A DNA stretch of 64,000 nucleotides, from contig OZ220732.1 of the NCBI GenBank assembly GCA_965116905.1, forward strand, positions 4,128,001 through 4,192,000, read 5' to 3'. The notes under the pieces were generated by a model that saw only the letters and a list, made by a program, of their open reading frames with translations, searched no databases and was not told where the DNA came from. The position numbers and the translations under genes are program-made. Of the stretch, positions 9,778 through 20,395 are shown in pieces. Within the stretch, counting starts at the first letter, position 1. Each line of letters begins with the position of its first letter. The DNA is from Longimicrobiales bacterium. GTDB taxonomy: Bacteria; Gemmatimonadota; Gemmatimonadetes; Longimicrobiales; Gaopeijiaceae.

Positions 9778-11010
9778 GTGAGGCTGGTCGACGCCGTCCG
9801 GCAGCTGTGGTCTGACCTCTCCGCGCAGCGTCTGCGTACGGTACTGACCGTCCTCGGGATCACCTGGGGCACCGTGGCGGTCGTCGTTCTGCTCGCTTTT
9901 TCGGTCGGCCTCGAACGGCAGACGATCAAGCGGTTTCACGGGCTGGGCGACCGGATCGTCGTGCTCTTCGGTGGACGGACCGTGCTGGCCCACGCGGGCT
10001 TCAGGGAAGGGCGAACCATCCGGTTGCGCGAAGAGGATGCCCGCATCCTCGCCCGCCAGATCCCCGACATCACGATGATCAGCCCCGAGTACTCGACGCG
10101 CGAGGCCCCCGTCCGCCGCGGCCGGAACGGAGTCAATCCCAATATCACGGGCATTCAACCCGTGTACGGCGAGATGCGGAACATCTTCCCGCTCCCGGGC
10201 GGCCGGTTCATCAACGAGCGGGATCAGGAAGAGCGGCGCCGGGTTGTGTTCCTCGGCGACGAGGTCGCGCGCGTCCTGTTTGCAGACGCAGATCCCGTCG
10301 GCGAGCAGGTCCGGATCGGGGATTCCCCATTCACCGTGATCGGTGTGCTCCAGCCCAAGATTCAGAACAGTTCCTACAACTCGCGCGACGAGGACCGGGT
10401 GTTCATTCCCGCGAGCACGCACGCGGCCCTGTTCGGCTCACGTTTCGTCTCGAATCTGGTCTACCGGACGGCGGACGCCTCGCGCACGGCGTCGGTAGAG
10501 GAGCGGGTCTACGAGGTGCTGGGCAGGAAATACCGCTTCGATCCACAGGACGAGGACGCACTTCAGGTCTGGGACACGGCCGAATGGGAGCGCATGTTCG
10601 GCTTCCTGTTCCTGGGGTTCAAGCTGTTCTTCGCGATCGTCGGCAGCTTCACGCTCAGCGTGGGAGGGATCGGGGTCGCGAACATCATGTACATCGTCGT
10701 GCAGGAGCGCACACGCGAAATCGGGATCAAGCGCTCGGTCGGCGCGACCCGACGGTCCATTCTGTGGCACTTTCTCGCGGAGAGCTTCCTCATCGTGGCT
10801 GTCGGGGCCGCGCTCGGCGTCCTTGCATCGACGGGAATCGTGAAGCTGGCGTCACTGTTCCCCACGAACGATATCGTGGGGACGCCTACGATCTCGCTCC
10901 AGGTGGCCGCCGTGACGATGGCGCTGCTCGCGTTCGTCGCCATGCTCGCCGGCCTGTTGCCCGCTCGTCGCGCTGCGGGGCTGGATCCCGTCGAATGTCT
11001 CCGTCACTAG
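9778..11010 (+). CDS. ABC transporter permease, MacB/FtsX family
   Basis: RTVLTVLGITWG, GRFINERD, GIGVANIMYIVVQERTREIGIKRSVGA, PARRAAGLDPVECLR. Confidence 0.92.
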   Translation: MRLVDAVRQLWSDLSAQRLRTVLTVLGITWGTVAVVVLLAFSVGLERQTIKRFHGLGDRIVVLFGGRTVLAHAGFREGRTIRLREEDARILARQIPDITMISPEYSTREAPVRRGRNGVNPNITGIQPVYGEMRNIFPLPGGRFINERDQEERRRVVFLGDEVARVLFADADPVGEQVRIGDSPFTVIGVLQPKIQNSSYNSRDEDRVFIPASTHAALFGSRFVSNLVYRTADASRTASVEERVYEVLGRKYRFDPQDEDALQVWDTAEWERMFGFLFLGFKLFFAIVGSFTLSVGGIGVANIMYIVVQERTREIGIKRSVGATRRSILWHFLAESFLIVAVGAALGVLASTGIVKLASLFPTNDIVGTPTISLQVAAVTMALLAFVAMLAGLLPARRAAGLDPVECLRH

Positions 11011-11045
11011 CACCGGGGCGCCGCGCCCACAAGGTGGAATGACCG

Positions 11046-12290
11046 ATGTGGAAGATGCTCCTCGAAGAGGTTCTCGGTGACCTGAGGGCCCACCGTACCC
11101 GCACCTTCCTCACGATTTTCGCCATGGTGTGGGGCACGATTTCGATCGTCCTGCTGCTCGCCTTCGGCCAGGGGCTGAGAAACCAGGTTTCGGAGGGCCT
11201 GCTCAATGCGGGAGAACGAATCTTCATGGTCTACGGCGGCCAGACGAGCCTGGAGCACGAGGGGCTCTCGAGTGGACGCCGGATCCGGCTGCGGGAAGAT
11301 GATCTCGACCTGGTCCTGCGTGCGATCCCGGAGTTCGAGTTCGGCAGCCCGTCCTACGGACGCAGCAGGACGCATCTCGAGGCGGGCGACAACCGGACCA
11401 CGACCTACATGGAGGGCGTGAGCCCGATCTTCTCCGAGCTTCGGCGCATGTTCCCGGCCCCCGGCGGACGGTTCATCAATCAGCGCGACATCGACCAGAG
11501 GCGGCGCGTGCTCTTCCTCGGTGACGGGATTGCGGCGCGCCTGTTCGGCGACACGCCACCCGTGGGACAGACGATCCTGCTCGACGGGCTCACCTTCCGT
11601 GTGATCGGAGTCATGGAGTCCAAGTTCCAGGACTCGAGCAACAACGGTCCGGACGAGGACCGCGCCGTGATTCCGGCCTCGACGTTCCGGAGCATCTACG
11701 GCAACGAATTCGTCAATCACCTTCTGGTGAGACCGCGCAACGTGGCCGACGCGCCGGTCGCCAAGAGCGAGCTTTACCGGGTCCTCGGCGGCCGGCACAG
11801 GTTTGATCCGGGGGACGAACGAGCGCTCGGCATCTGGGACTTTATCGAGGATGAGAAGATCGTGGGCCAGATCGGTTTCGGCATCCAGGCCTTCCTCGGG
11901 CTGGTCGGTGCCTTTACGCTGCTGGTCGCCGGGGTCGGCGTCGCGAACATCATGTACGTCGTCGTGCGTGAACGGACACGGGAGATCGGCATCAGACTCG
12001 CCGTGGGCGCGCGCCGAAGGCACATCGTCAACCAGTTCCTGTGCGAAGCAGTCCTCATTGCGGTCGGCGGGGGTCTGCTCGGACTCGCCATCGCCACACT
12101 CCTGGTGACCGGCATCGACAGCATTCCCAGCGACAACCCGGCCATGGAGTACATCCTGAACCCGAAACTCTCCCTCCCGATCGCTTCGATGTGCGTCGGA
12201 ATGCTCATGGCGATCGGGCTCGTGGCCGGAATCCTGCCCGCGCGCAAGGCGGCGCGTCTCGATCCGGTGGAGTCGCTGAGGTACGAGTGA
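11046..12290 (+). CDS. ABC transporter permease, MacB/FtsX family (second paralog)
   Basis: GVGVANIMYVVVRERTREIGIRLAVGA, PARKAARLDPVESLRYE. Confidence 0.92.
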   Translation: MWKMLLEEVLGDLRAHRTRTFLTIFAMVWGTISIVLLLAFGQGLRNQVSEGLLNAGERIFMVYGGQTSLEHEGLSSGRRIRLREDDLDLVLRAIPEFEFGSPSYGRSRTHLEAGDNRTTTYMEGVSPIFSELRRMFPAPGGRFINQRDIDQRRRVLFLGDGIAARLFGDTPPVGQTILLDGLTFRVIGVMESKFQDSSNNGPDEDRAVIPASTFRSIYGNEFVNHLLVRPRNVADAPVAKSELYRVLGGRHRFDPGDERALGIWDFIEDEKIVGQIGFGIQAFLGLVGAFTLLVAGVGVANIMYVVVRERTREIGIRLAVGARRRHIVNQFLCEAVLIAVGGGLLGLAIATLLVTGIDSIPSDNPAMEYILNPKLSLPIASMCVGMLMAIGLVAGILPARKAARLDPVESLRYE

Positions 12291-12351
12291 AGAGGGGGCG
12301 CGTGGGCCGCCGTCGTCGTTCGATTCGGTCTCCGTACCGTATTAGGGGCAA

Positions 12352-12425
<74 letters not shown>

Positions 12426-12516
12426 CAAAGGCCAGAAAAGCTAGAAGCGCGGGGCGATGGCTTCAAGGGCGGCGCTGCGCGAACCCGGCTGCGGACGCCC
12501 CGGCCGACCGCGTCGG

Positions 12517-13314
12517 TCACGCATGCGGCCCCGGCGCCGGACCCTTCCATTTCACGGGCCGCGGACCCGTTCCCGGCGCGGCGACGGCGCCGACCAGCGT
12601 GCCGTCTTCGTCAAGCAGGGTGACCGCCCCGCTCTCCGTCATCCACGCCCGTGCGGCGGCACCTGCCCCCGTGATCACAATCCTGCCTCCCGGCATCAGG
12701 ACGCGCAGGGATTCCCCCCACCACCCCTCCCCCGCCCCACCCTCTGCGACCACCCCACGCGCCACGCCGTCCCGCAGCGGCAACCGCGGCCCCGTGACGA
12801 AGGCACTCACCTCGGCAGCCGCCAGCCCCCGTCCCCCCCACCCCACCACCACCACCTCGATCCCGCTCACCATCCGCGCGAGCGGCGCCGCTTCCTCGCG
12901 GCAGGAGTCCGGCACGACGATCAGCCCGGGGCCGCGGGTGACGCCCAGCGCGGCTGCCAGGCGCAGCGCCGCGTCCGCCGTGCCGGGATCTCGGTCTCCC
13001 GCAGGCGCCCCGCCGCCAGCAGGCTCGCCGGTGATGGCGTCCGGCTCGCCCGCGACGGCCGCAACGCCCTCATCCCCCCCAACCGCCCCACGCGGCTCCG
13101 GCCCATCCGGCTCCGGCCCACACGGCTCCGGCCCACGCGGCGGCGGCCTCAGGTCCCCAAATCCGCCCTCTACCGGGAAGCGGTCACGGCAGTTCGGACA
13201 GCCGAATTCGCCCTGGCGCACGCGGCGGTCGCGCACGTCGCGAGCGAGCAGCACCAGGCCGAAGGGCGGACCGCAGCGCGGGCAGACGAGGTGATCGGTG
13301 AGGACGACGTTCAC
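12517..13314 (-). CDS. Trm112-like zinc-ribbon protein with a degenerate methyltransferase-like C-terminus
   Basis: GTG 13314 overlaps the SDR stop; CPRC...GCPNCRDRFPV; C-terminal LPLRDG...ESLRVLMPGGRIVI. Confidence 0.65.
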   Translation of the reverse strand: MNVVLTDHLVCPRCGPPFGLVLLARDVRDRRVRQGEFGCPNCRDRFPVEGGFGDLRPPPRGPEPCGPEPDGPEPRGAVGGDEGVAAVAGEPDAITGEPAGGGAPAGDRDPGTADAALRLAAALGVTRGPGLIVVPDSCREEAAPLARMVSGIEVVVVGWGGRGLAAAEVSAFVTGPRLPLRDGVARGVVAEGGAGEGWWGESLRVLMPGGRIVITGAGAAARAWMTESGAVTLLDEDGTLVGAVAAPGTGPRPVKWKGPAPGPHA

Positions 13315-14018
13315 GCCCGCTCGATTCTGAGCAGCGGGACGGTCACGGAAGGGGGGAGGCCCGCCACGAAGCTGACCGCACAGGCCACGTCGCCGGCACG
13401 GAGCATCTCGCCTCGGCCGGGCAGGTGCGGGGAGGAATCCGGAGCGTGGATGTCCCAGATCGGCGTATCCACGGCGCCCGGATCCAGGAGGCACGCGCGC
13501 ACACCGGTGCCGCGAATCTCTTCCAGCAGCACCTCGTGAAACCCGCGCAGGCCGTACTTGGACGCCGAGTAGGCCGCGTTCTCCGGGAAGGCCCGCCACC
13601 CGGCCACGGATCCCACGTGGATCACCAGCCCGGACCCGGCGGCCAGCATCGCCGGCAGGAAAGCCCTCGTCACGTTGAACGCGCCCTTGAGGTTCGCGTC
13701 CAGGTTGCGATTCAGCGCGGCGTCGCTGGTGTCCGCCACCGGCGCCAGGTCGAACACGCCGGCTGCGTTGACGAGCACCGCCAACCGGCCGGCGCCGCGC
13801 TCCGCGACCGCGCGCGCCCGTTCCACCTCGGCCTCCGACGTCATGTCGAAGGGCAGCGCCACGCCACCGACGTCCGCCGCCAGCCGCTCCAGGCGCTCCC
13901 GTCGGCGGCCCCCTGCGCAGACACGGAAACCGTCAGCGGCCAGGCGCCGGACGATGGCCTCGCCGATCCCGCCTGTCGCTCCGGTGACCAGCGCGGTGCG
14001 GCCACCGCCATCATTCAC
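13311..14018 (-). CDS. SDR family oxidoreductase
   Basis: TGATGGIG, VNAAG, YSASK. Confidence 0.9.
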   Translation of the reverse strand: MNDGGGRTALVTGATGGIGEAIVRRLAADGFRVCAGGRRRERLERLAADVGGVALPFDMTSEAEVERARAVAERGAGRLAVLVNAAGVFDLAPVADTSDAALNRNLDANLKGAFNVTRAFLPAMLAAGSGLVIHVGSVAGWRAFPENAAYSASKYGLRGFHEVLLEEIRGTGVRACLLDPGAVDTPIWDIHAPDSSPHLPGRGEMLRAGDVACAVSFVAGLPPSVTVPLLRIERA

Positions 14019-14427
14019 CCGAATACTCCACCCAGTGACGCGGGGTTTCGCGCAACACCAGCTTCTCGAGCGTCGCGGGCGGCGGGATGAGGGGCGCGAG
14101 CCGTTCCCAGATGCGCACGACGAGGTTTTCGGTGGACGGGATCAACCCCTCCAGCCACGGCACGTCCACATTGAGGTTGCGATGGTCCAGGTCGTCCAGG
14201 ATCCGGGTGTTGACCAGGTCCTTGAGCTCCTTCAGGTCCATCACGTATCCGGTCTCGGCATCCACGGGACCGGCGACCGTGACCTCGAGATCGTAGTTGT
14301 GGCCGTGCCAGTTGGGATTCGCGCAGTCGCCGAAGACGTGGCGGTTCTTCTCCTCGTCCCACTCCGGCCGGGCCAGCCGGTGCGCGGCGCTGAAGTGGAG
14401 TCGGCGGGTGATTCGCACGTCAGGCAT
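14011..14427 (-). CDS. 6-pyruvoyl-tetrahydropterin synthase/QueD family (PTPS-II type motif)
   Basis: FSAAHRL, CANPNWHGHNY, LDHRNLN, STENL, LRETP; start at ATG 14427. Confidence 0.9.
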   Translation of the reverse strand: MPDVRITRRLHFSAAHRLARPEWDEEKNRHVFGDCANPNWHGHNYDLEVTVAGPVDAETGYVMDLKELKDLVNTRILDDLDHRNLNVDVPWLEGLIPSTENLVVRIWERLAPLIPPPATLEKLVLRETPRHWVEYSGE

Positions 14428-14455
14428 GCGGGCTCCGGTGGCTGGAGGTATCCCC

Positions 14456-14633
14456 CTTGCGCTCCGTGGACAAAGCCGCCCGAGCACCGAGAACGGCGAG
14501 GCGCCGGGCCGGCAAGGCGCGACGAAGGGCCAGTAGCACCGCTACGGGCCCGAGGAGCAACGCAGAGCGAAGCGGTCCGGCACGGATGCATCGCCGTTCG
14601 AATGCCGGGGGGATTTTGTCCACGGGCTGCTAA
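14456..14633. mobile_element. Non-coding palindromic MITE/REP-like element
   Basis: Terminal inverted repeat ccgtggacaaa (14464-14474) / tttgtccacgg (14615-14625); inner arms gaacggcga / tcgccgttc; one end recurs at 9742. Confidence 0.6.
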
Positions 14634-14668
14634 AGCAAGGGTCGGCGCCCGCGAAGGAGCGCCGACCC
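14632..14668 (-). terminator. Intrinsic terminator after 6S RNA
   Basis: Minus strand gggtcggcgctcc ttcg cgggcgccgaccc followed by ttgcttt. Confidence 0.7.
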
Positions 14669-14824
14669 CCGTGTGCCGGAGGGTGTAAAGCTGAAGCCCG
14701 GGCTTAACTTTTGGTGACTCCCCCGCTGCTTTCGCAGTCCCCGTGAACGAGGCATGACGTCCACCGCGGGAGGTAGTCCCGGCTCTTCTAGTGTTGGCTC
14801 AAATACGAGGCCCTCCAGCACGAC
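14667..14824 (-). ncRNA. ssrS: 6S RNA (SsrS)
   Basis: Minus strand closing stem gtgctggaggg / ccctccggcac; 6S-like segments tttgagccaacacta, gtggacgtcatgcc and cggcacacggg; sigma70-like promoter upstream and terminator downstream. Ends approximate. Confidence 0.75.
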
Positions 14825-14827
14825 CGG

Positions 14828-14856
14828 AATATGAGGAGCGACCGCCACCGCCGCAA
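14828..14856 (-). promoter_or_regulatory. sigma70-like promoter of 6S RNA
   Basis: TTGCGG-17 bp-CATATT on the minus strand immediately upstream of the RNA stem. Confidence 0.5.
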
Positions 14857-14991
14857 TAGCCCCTACGGAATCAGTCCCATTCGGACATGCGAACGCCCGC
14901 GCCACCCGCGAACGCCCGCGCCGCCCCCGCCACCCGCGCCCGCCCGTGCTACCCGCGAACGCCCGCACCACCCCGCGCCGCCCGCGCTCCG

Positions 14992-16386
<1,395 letters not shown>

Positions 16387-16467
16387 GATCGTACTCTTGT
16401 AGCAGTTCGGGTGTTGCCTGCGAATGGCCCGTGCAAGGGCCGAGTGAACCGACGAAAGATAGCAACG

Positions 16468-17187
16468 ATGACTCGAGTCGCCCTTGTGACCGGTGGGGGT
16501 GTGAGGTTGGGAAGGGCGATCGCCCTGGCGCTGGCCGATAGCGGTTACGACCTGCTGGTGGGCTACAATACGTCGCCTGCGGGTGCCGCCGAGGTCGAAG
16601 CGGCTGCCCGGCGGGCCGGCAGACGGGCCCACGCGGTGAGCGCCGACCTGTCACGCGAGGAAGACGTGCTCCGCCTCGCGCGCGTCACCCGTGAGCGGTT
16701 CGGCCGCCTCGACCTGCTGGTCAATTCGGCGGCCAGCTTCATCGCCAACGACCTGCTCGATGTCACCGCCGACGAATGGGACGCGGTCATGGCGGTAAAC
16801 CTGCGTGCGCCGTTCCTGCTCATCCGCGAAACCGCCGACCTGCTGCGGCAGGCGCGGGGCGCGGTCGTCAACGTCGCCGACCTGTCGGCGCTGCGGCCCT
16901 GGACGACCCATCCCCACCATGCGGTGTCGAAGGCGGGACTGCTCCACCTCACGCGGGTCGCGGCCAGACGCCTGGCGCCCGACGTGCGCGTCAACGCCGT
17001 CGCGCCCGGCTTCGTGCTGCCCCCGGACGACTACGGCGCGGGCAAGATCGAACGGACGCGGCGGCGCATCCCGCTCGGCCGGGTCGGCACGCCCGACGAT
17101 GTCGTGAACGCGGTGAAGTTCCTGGCCACCGCCGACTACGTCACCGGCGAGGTGCTTGTCGTGGACGGCGGCCTGGGGCTCGACTAG
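16468..17187 (+). CDS. Pteridine reductase-like SDR (FolM/PTR1 family)
   Basis: TGGGVRLG (Arg typical of pteridine reductases), VNSAASF, HAVSKAGL, VTGEVLVVDGG. Confidence 0.8.
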   Translation: MTRVALVTGGGVRLGRAIALALADSGYDLLVGYNTSPAGAAEVEAAARRAGRRAHAVSADLSREEDVLRLARVTRERFGRLDLLVNSAASFIANDLLDVTADEWDAVMAVNLRAPFLLIRETADLLRQARGAVVNVADLSALRPWTTHPHHAVSKAGLLHLTRVAARRLAPDVRVNAVAPGFVLPPDDYGAGKIERTRRRIPLGRVGTPDDVVNAVKFLATADYVTGEVLVVDGGLGLD

Positions 17188-17573
17188 CCCTCGTGGAGCA
17201 CCTTCGCCACCACCATGCCGGCGATCCCGTACATCACGATCGAAACCACGGCGTCGCCGACCACGGTGGTCACCGTGTACATGCCCTCGGTGGTCCCGAA
17301 CATGGTCAGCCCCATCGAGAGGCTGAAGAGCAGGCCCACACCGGCCCCCGCCTTGAAAGCCGCGGCGGGCCCCCCGGCGGCGCGCCAGCTCAGCACGAGG
17401 GCAAGGAGCGCCCCGCTGGCCAGCTGGCCAGCCCCGATGGCCCAGTACGCCGGCGACTCCGACATGGCGTCATTGGCGAAGAAGTCCGCCAGCAGCACCC
17501 CATAGATGACGAACCCGAGCACGAACAGGGTGACGCCACCGGCGACGGTCGCAAGTATGCATTTCTGGTTCAC
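17184..17573 (-). CDS. Small 4-TM membrane protein of unknown function
   Basis: Four hydrophobic segments; RBS aaggag before GTG. Confidence 0.7.
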   Translation of the reverse strand: MNQKCILATVAGGVTLFVLGFVIYGVLLADFFANDAMSESPAYWAIGAGQLASGALLALVLSWRAAGGPAAAFKAGAGVGLLFSLSMGLTMFGTTEGMYTVTTVVGDAVVSIVMYGIAGMVVAKVLHEG

Positions 17574-17668
17574 GGGATCTCCTTGGTGGGCGAGAACGGT
17601 TCGCTGATGCGGTCAACGTGGGGGTCAGTGGTTGGATCCGCAAACGGGCCGGCTCTGTCCGCGAACCG

Positions 17669-18634
17669 CTACTCCCCGTGCGCCAGAAATCGCTCCGCCT
17701 CCAGCGCCGCCATGCAGCCCGTGCCCGCCGCCGACACGGCCTGGCGGTAGTAGTCGTCCATGACGTCGCCGGCCGCAAAGACGCCCGGGACGTTGGTCTC
17801 GGTGCGCCACGGGGTGGGCAGTTGCACGTAGCCGTTGTCCTTGAGATCGATCTGACCGCGCAGGAAGGCCGTGTTGGGGTCGTGGCCAATCGCAACGAAC
17901 ATCCCGCCCACGGCCAGCTCCGAATCTTCCCCCGTCACCGTGTCCCGGACCCGGATGCCGGTGATGACGTCGTCCCCGAGCACTTCGACGACGACCTTGT
18001 TCCACAAAAATCGGATCTTTTCGCTGGCAAGGGCACGATCCTGCATGATCCGGGAAGCCCGCAACTCGTCCCGGCGATGGATGACCAGAACTTGACTAGC
18101 AAACTTGGTCATGTAGAGGGCTTCCTCCATGGCGCTGTCGCCGCCACCCACGACGGCGATCACCTGGCCGCGGAAGAACGGCAGGGCCCCATCGCACACG
18201 GCACACGCCGACACGCCGCCGCCGCTCTGCGCAAGCCGCTCCTCGCCGGGGACGCCCAGCCAGCGCGCGTTGGCTCCGGTCGCGAGCACGACCGTGCGGG
18301 CCCGAACCTCCTGCCCACCCGACGACCGCAGCAGGAACGGCCGGGCGGAGAAATCGACCTCGGTGATGTCCTCGGTGAAGACGCGGGTGTCGAAGCGGAG
18401 GGCCTGGTTCTTGAAGTGCATCATCATGTCGATGCCGCCGATGCCGTCGGGAAAGCCCGGATAGTTCTCCACGTCCGTGGTGAACATGAGCTGGCCGCCC
18501 GGGATCATGGTGCGGCTTCCGGCGCCCTCGAAGACGAGCGGGGCGAGGCTCGCGCGGGCCCCGTAGATGGCGGCAGTCCAGCCGGCGGGTCCGGAACCGA
18601 CGATCACGAGGTTCTCGATACTGTTGTCGGACAT
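17669..18634 (-). CDS. trxB: Thioredoxin-disulfide reductase
   Basis: [40 protein letters not shown]. Confidence 0.95.
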   Translation of the reverse strand: MSDNSIENLVIVGSGPAGWTAAIYGARASLAPLVFEGAGSRTMIPGGQLMFTTDVENYPGFPDGIGGIDMMMHFKNQALRFDTRVFTEDITEVDFSARPFLLRSSGGQEVRARTVVLATGANARWLGVPGEERLAQSGGGVSACAVCDGALPFFRGQVIAVVGGGDSAMEEALYMTKFASQVLVIHRRDELRASRIMQDRALASEKIRFLWNKVVVEVLGDDVITGIRVRDTVTGEDSELAVGGMFVAIGHDPNTAFLRGQIDLKDNGYVQLPTPWRTETNVPGVFAAGDVMDDYYRQAVSAAGTGCMAALEAERFLAHGE

Positions 18635-18682
18635 GGGGGTTCAGGGGTTGAGCGTGAGAAGTTGTGCAGGCGACCTGCCCGC

Positions 18683-19957
18683 CTATTGGGACGGGACTTC
18701 TTCCTCCGTGTACAGCGTGGAGCTTCGGTAGCGGTCCAGGCCCCGCACGAGAAGCAGCTTCGCGCCCACCGCGACCGGCACGCCGATCAACAGGCCCGCA
18801 AAGCCGAAGAAGAAGCCGCCGAGAGACAGCGACAGAACGATCCAGACGGGGTGCAGCCCGACCGACTCGCCCACGATCCGGGGGCTGATCACCGTGCTCT
18901 CGAGCGCCTGTGCGGCACCGTACACGGCCGCGACCTTGACGAGCGAGAGACCGATGTTATCGCTGACCAGCGCGATGATGATCGCCGGCACGAGCGACAC
19001 CCCCACGCCCAGATAGGGCACGATCCCGAGTACGGCGACGGTCGCGCCCAGCAGGAAGGAATACGGAAAGCCGACGATCAGAAGGCCGAGCCAGGTGATG
19101 GCACCCGTCAGGAGCGACGCCGATACCTGGCCGCGCAGGTAGCGGGACAGCAGCGCGTCGTACTCGCGCAGGAAATCGGTCGCGCCGGGGCGGATTCTGG
19201 CTGGAAGGAGGTCGCCGACGCGCGCCACGATGCGGTCGTAGTCGCGCAGCACGTAGAACATGAGCACGGGGGTCAGGACGATATAGCCGAGGATCACGAG
19301 CAGGGAGCCGAAGCCACGCCCGAGCCCGAGGACCGTGGCCCAGGCCCGTTCGGTGAGGTCGGCGCGCCTCGATTCCAGGAATTCGGCAATCATCTGTCCG
19401 TCGATCGCCTGGACGCGGGCCAGCAGGGTCGCCTCGTCGACGAACGGGATGTCGAACCCCAGCGACGCTGCGGTCAGCCCCTGCATCCAGGTGGTGAACG
19501 CGTTGAGAGCCCGGGGCGTCTCGCCGATCAGCGCGCGCACCTGCTGCACGATCTCCGGCACGCCGAAGACGACCGCCAGGGCGCCCACAGCCAGGAACGG
19601 GACCAGGATCAGGAAGATGGCGAGGGTGCGTCCAATGCGCGGGTGCGCGGAGACCCGGTCCGCCAGGGGGTCCAGGATGTAGGCGAGGACGAAGGCCAGG
19701 AAGAACGGCGCGAGGAGTGAGCCCGCCGTGTCGAGCACCCACAGGGCCACGAGGATCGTGGCCACCGTGACCGTGAGGGCGTGTCCGCGCACCCCGCGAA
19801 ACGGAGCCAGCAGCGCGATGAACACGCAGTAGATGAGGAACGGGTTGAGGAGGGTGCGCAGGCTGTACAGGAAGTAGCCGGCGACCAGTACCAGTACCGC
19901 CGCCTGCGCGATCCGCCAGGATCCTCCGGTGCCGCCGCCCGCATCGTTGCTCACCAT
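18683..19957 (-). CDS. AI-2E family transporter
   Basis: PFFLAFVLAYILDP, YLRGQ, IVPYLG, SPRIVGESVGLHP. Confidence 0.9.
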   Translation of the reverse strand: MVSNDAGGGTGGSWRIAQAAVLVLVAGYFLYSLRTLLNPFLIYCVFIALLAPFRGVRGHALTVTVATILVALWVLDTAGSLLAPFFLAFVLAYILDPLADRVSAHPRIGRTLAIFLILVPFLAVGALAVVFGVPEIVQQVRALIGETPRALNAFTTWMQGLTAASLGFDIPFVDEATLLARVQAIDGQMIAEFLESRRADLTERAWATVLGLGRGFGSLLVILGYIVLTPVLMFYVLRDYDRIVARVGDLLPARIRPGATDFLREYDALLSRYLRGQVSASLLTGAITWLGLLIVGFPYSFLLGATVAVLGIVPYLGVGVSLVPAIIIALVSDNIGLSLVKVAAVYGAAQALESTVISPRIVGESVGLHPVWIVLSLSLGGFFFGFAGLLIGVPVAVGAKLLLVRGLDRYRSSTLYTEEEVPSQ

Positions 19958-20391
19958 CCCGCCTCCGTGATCTTCGCGTCCGAACGCAGCACGACATCGC
20001 GGGTCTCCTTGTAGCGGACCCGGGACGCGGCATCCGGGATCGGGAGCCACGCACAGGCGCTGATCCCTTCGTCGCGCTGCGGGACGGGCTGGCCCAGTCG
20101 GCTGCGCATGAGAAAGAACGTACAGTACTTGTGAATGGTTCTGTCCCCCTGACGGAACTTCCAGTCGATGGTGTCGATTTGCGGGCCAACGACCTCCGGC
20201 GTGATCCCGGTTTCCTCCGCAACCTCGCGCAGAGCCGCCTCGCGCAGACTCTCGCCGCCCTCAATATGACCCTTCGGCAACGACCAGTGACCATAGGGGT
20301 CCCTGATCAGGAGCGCGTGCCATACGCCGGCCACAGGGCACACGACGACGCCGCCCGCACTGCGCTCGACCGTCGCCGTCTCGCCTGACAT
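19951..20391 (-). CDS. NUDIX hydrolase (Ap4A hydrolase-like)
   Basis: SAGGVV, WSLPKGHIEGGESLREAALREVAEETG Nudix box. Confidence 0.9.
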   Translation of the reverse strand: MSGETATVERSAGGVVVCPVAGVWHALLIRDPYGHWSLPKGHIEGGESLREAALREVAEETGITPEVVGPQIDTIDWKFRQGDRTIHKYCTFFLMRSRLGQPVPQRDEGISACAWLPIPDAASRVRYKETRDVVLRSDAKITEAGW

Positions 20392-20395
20392 CGGG

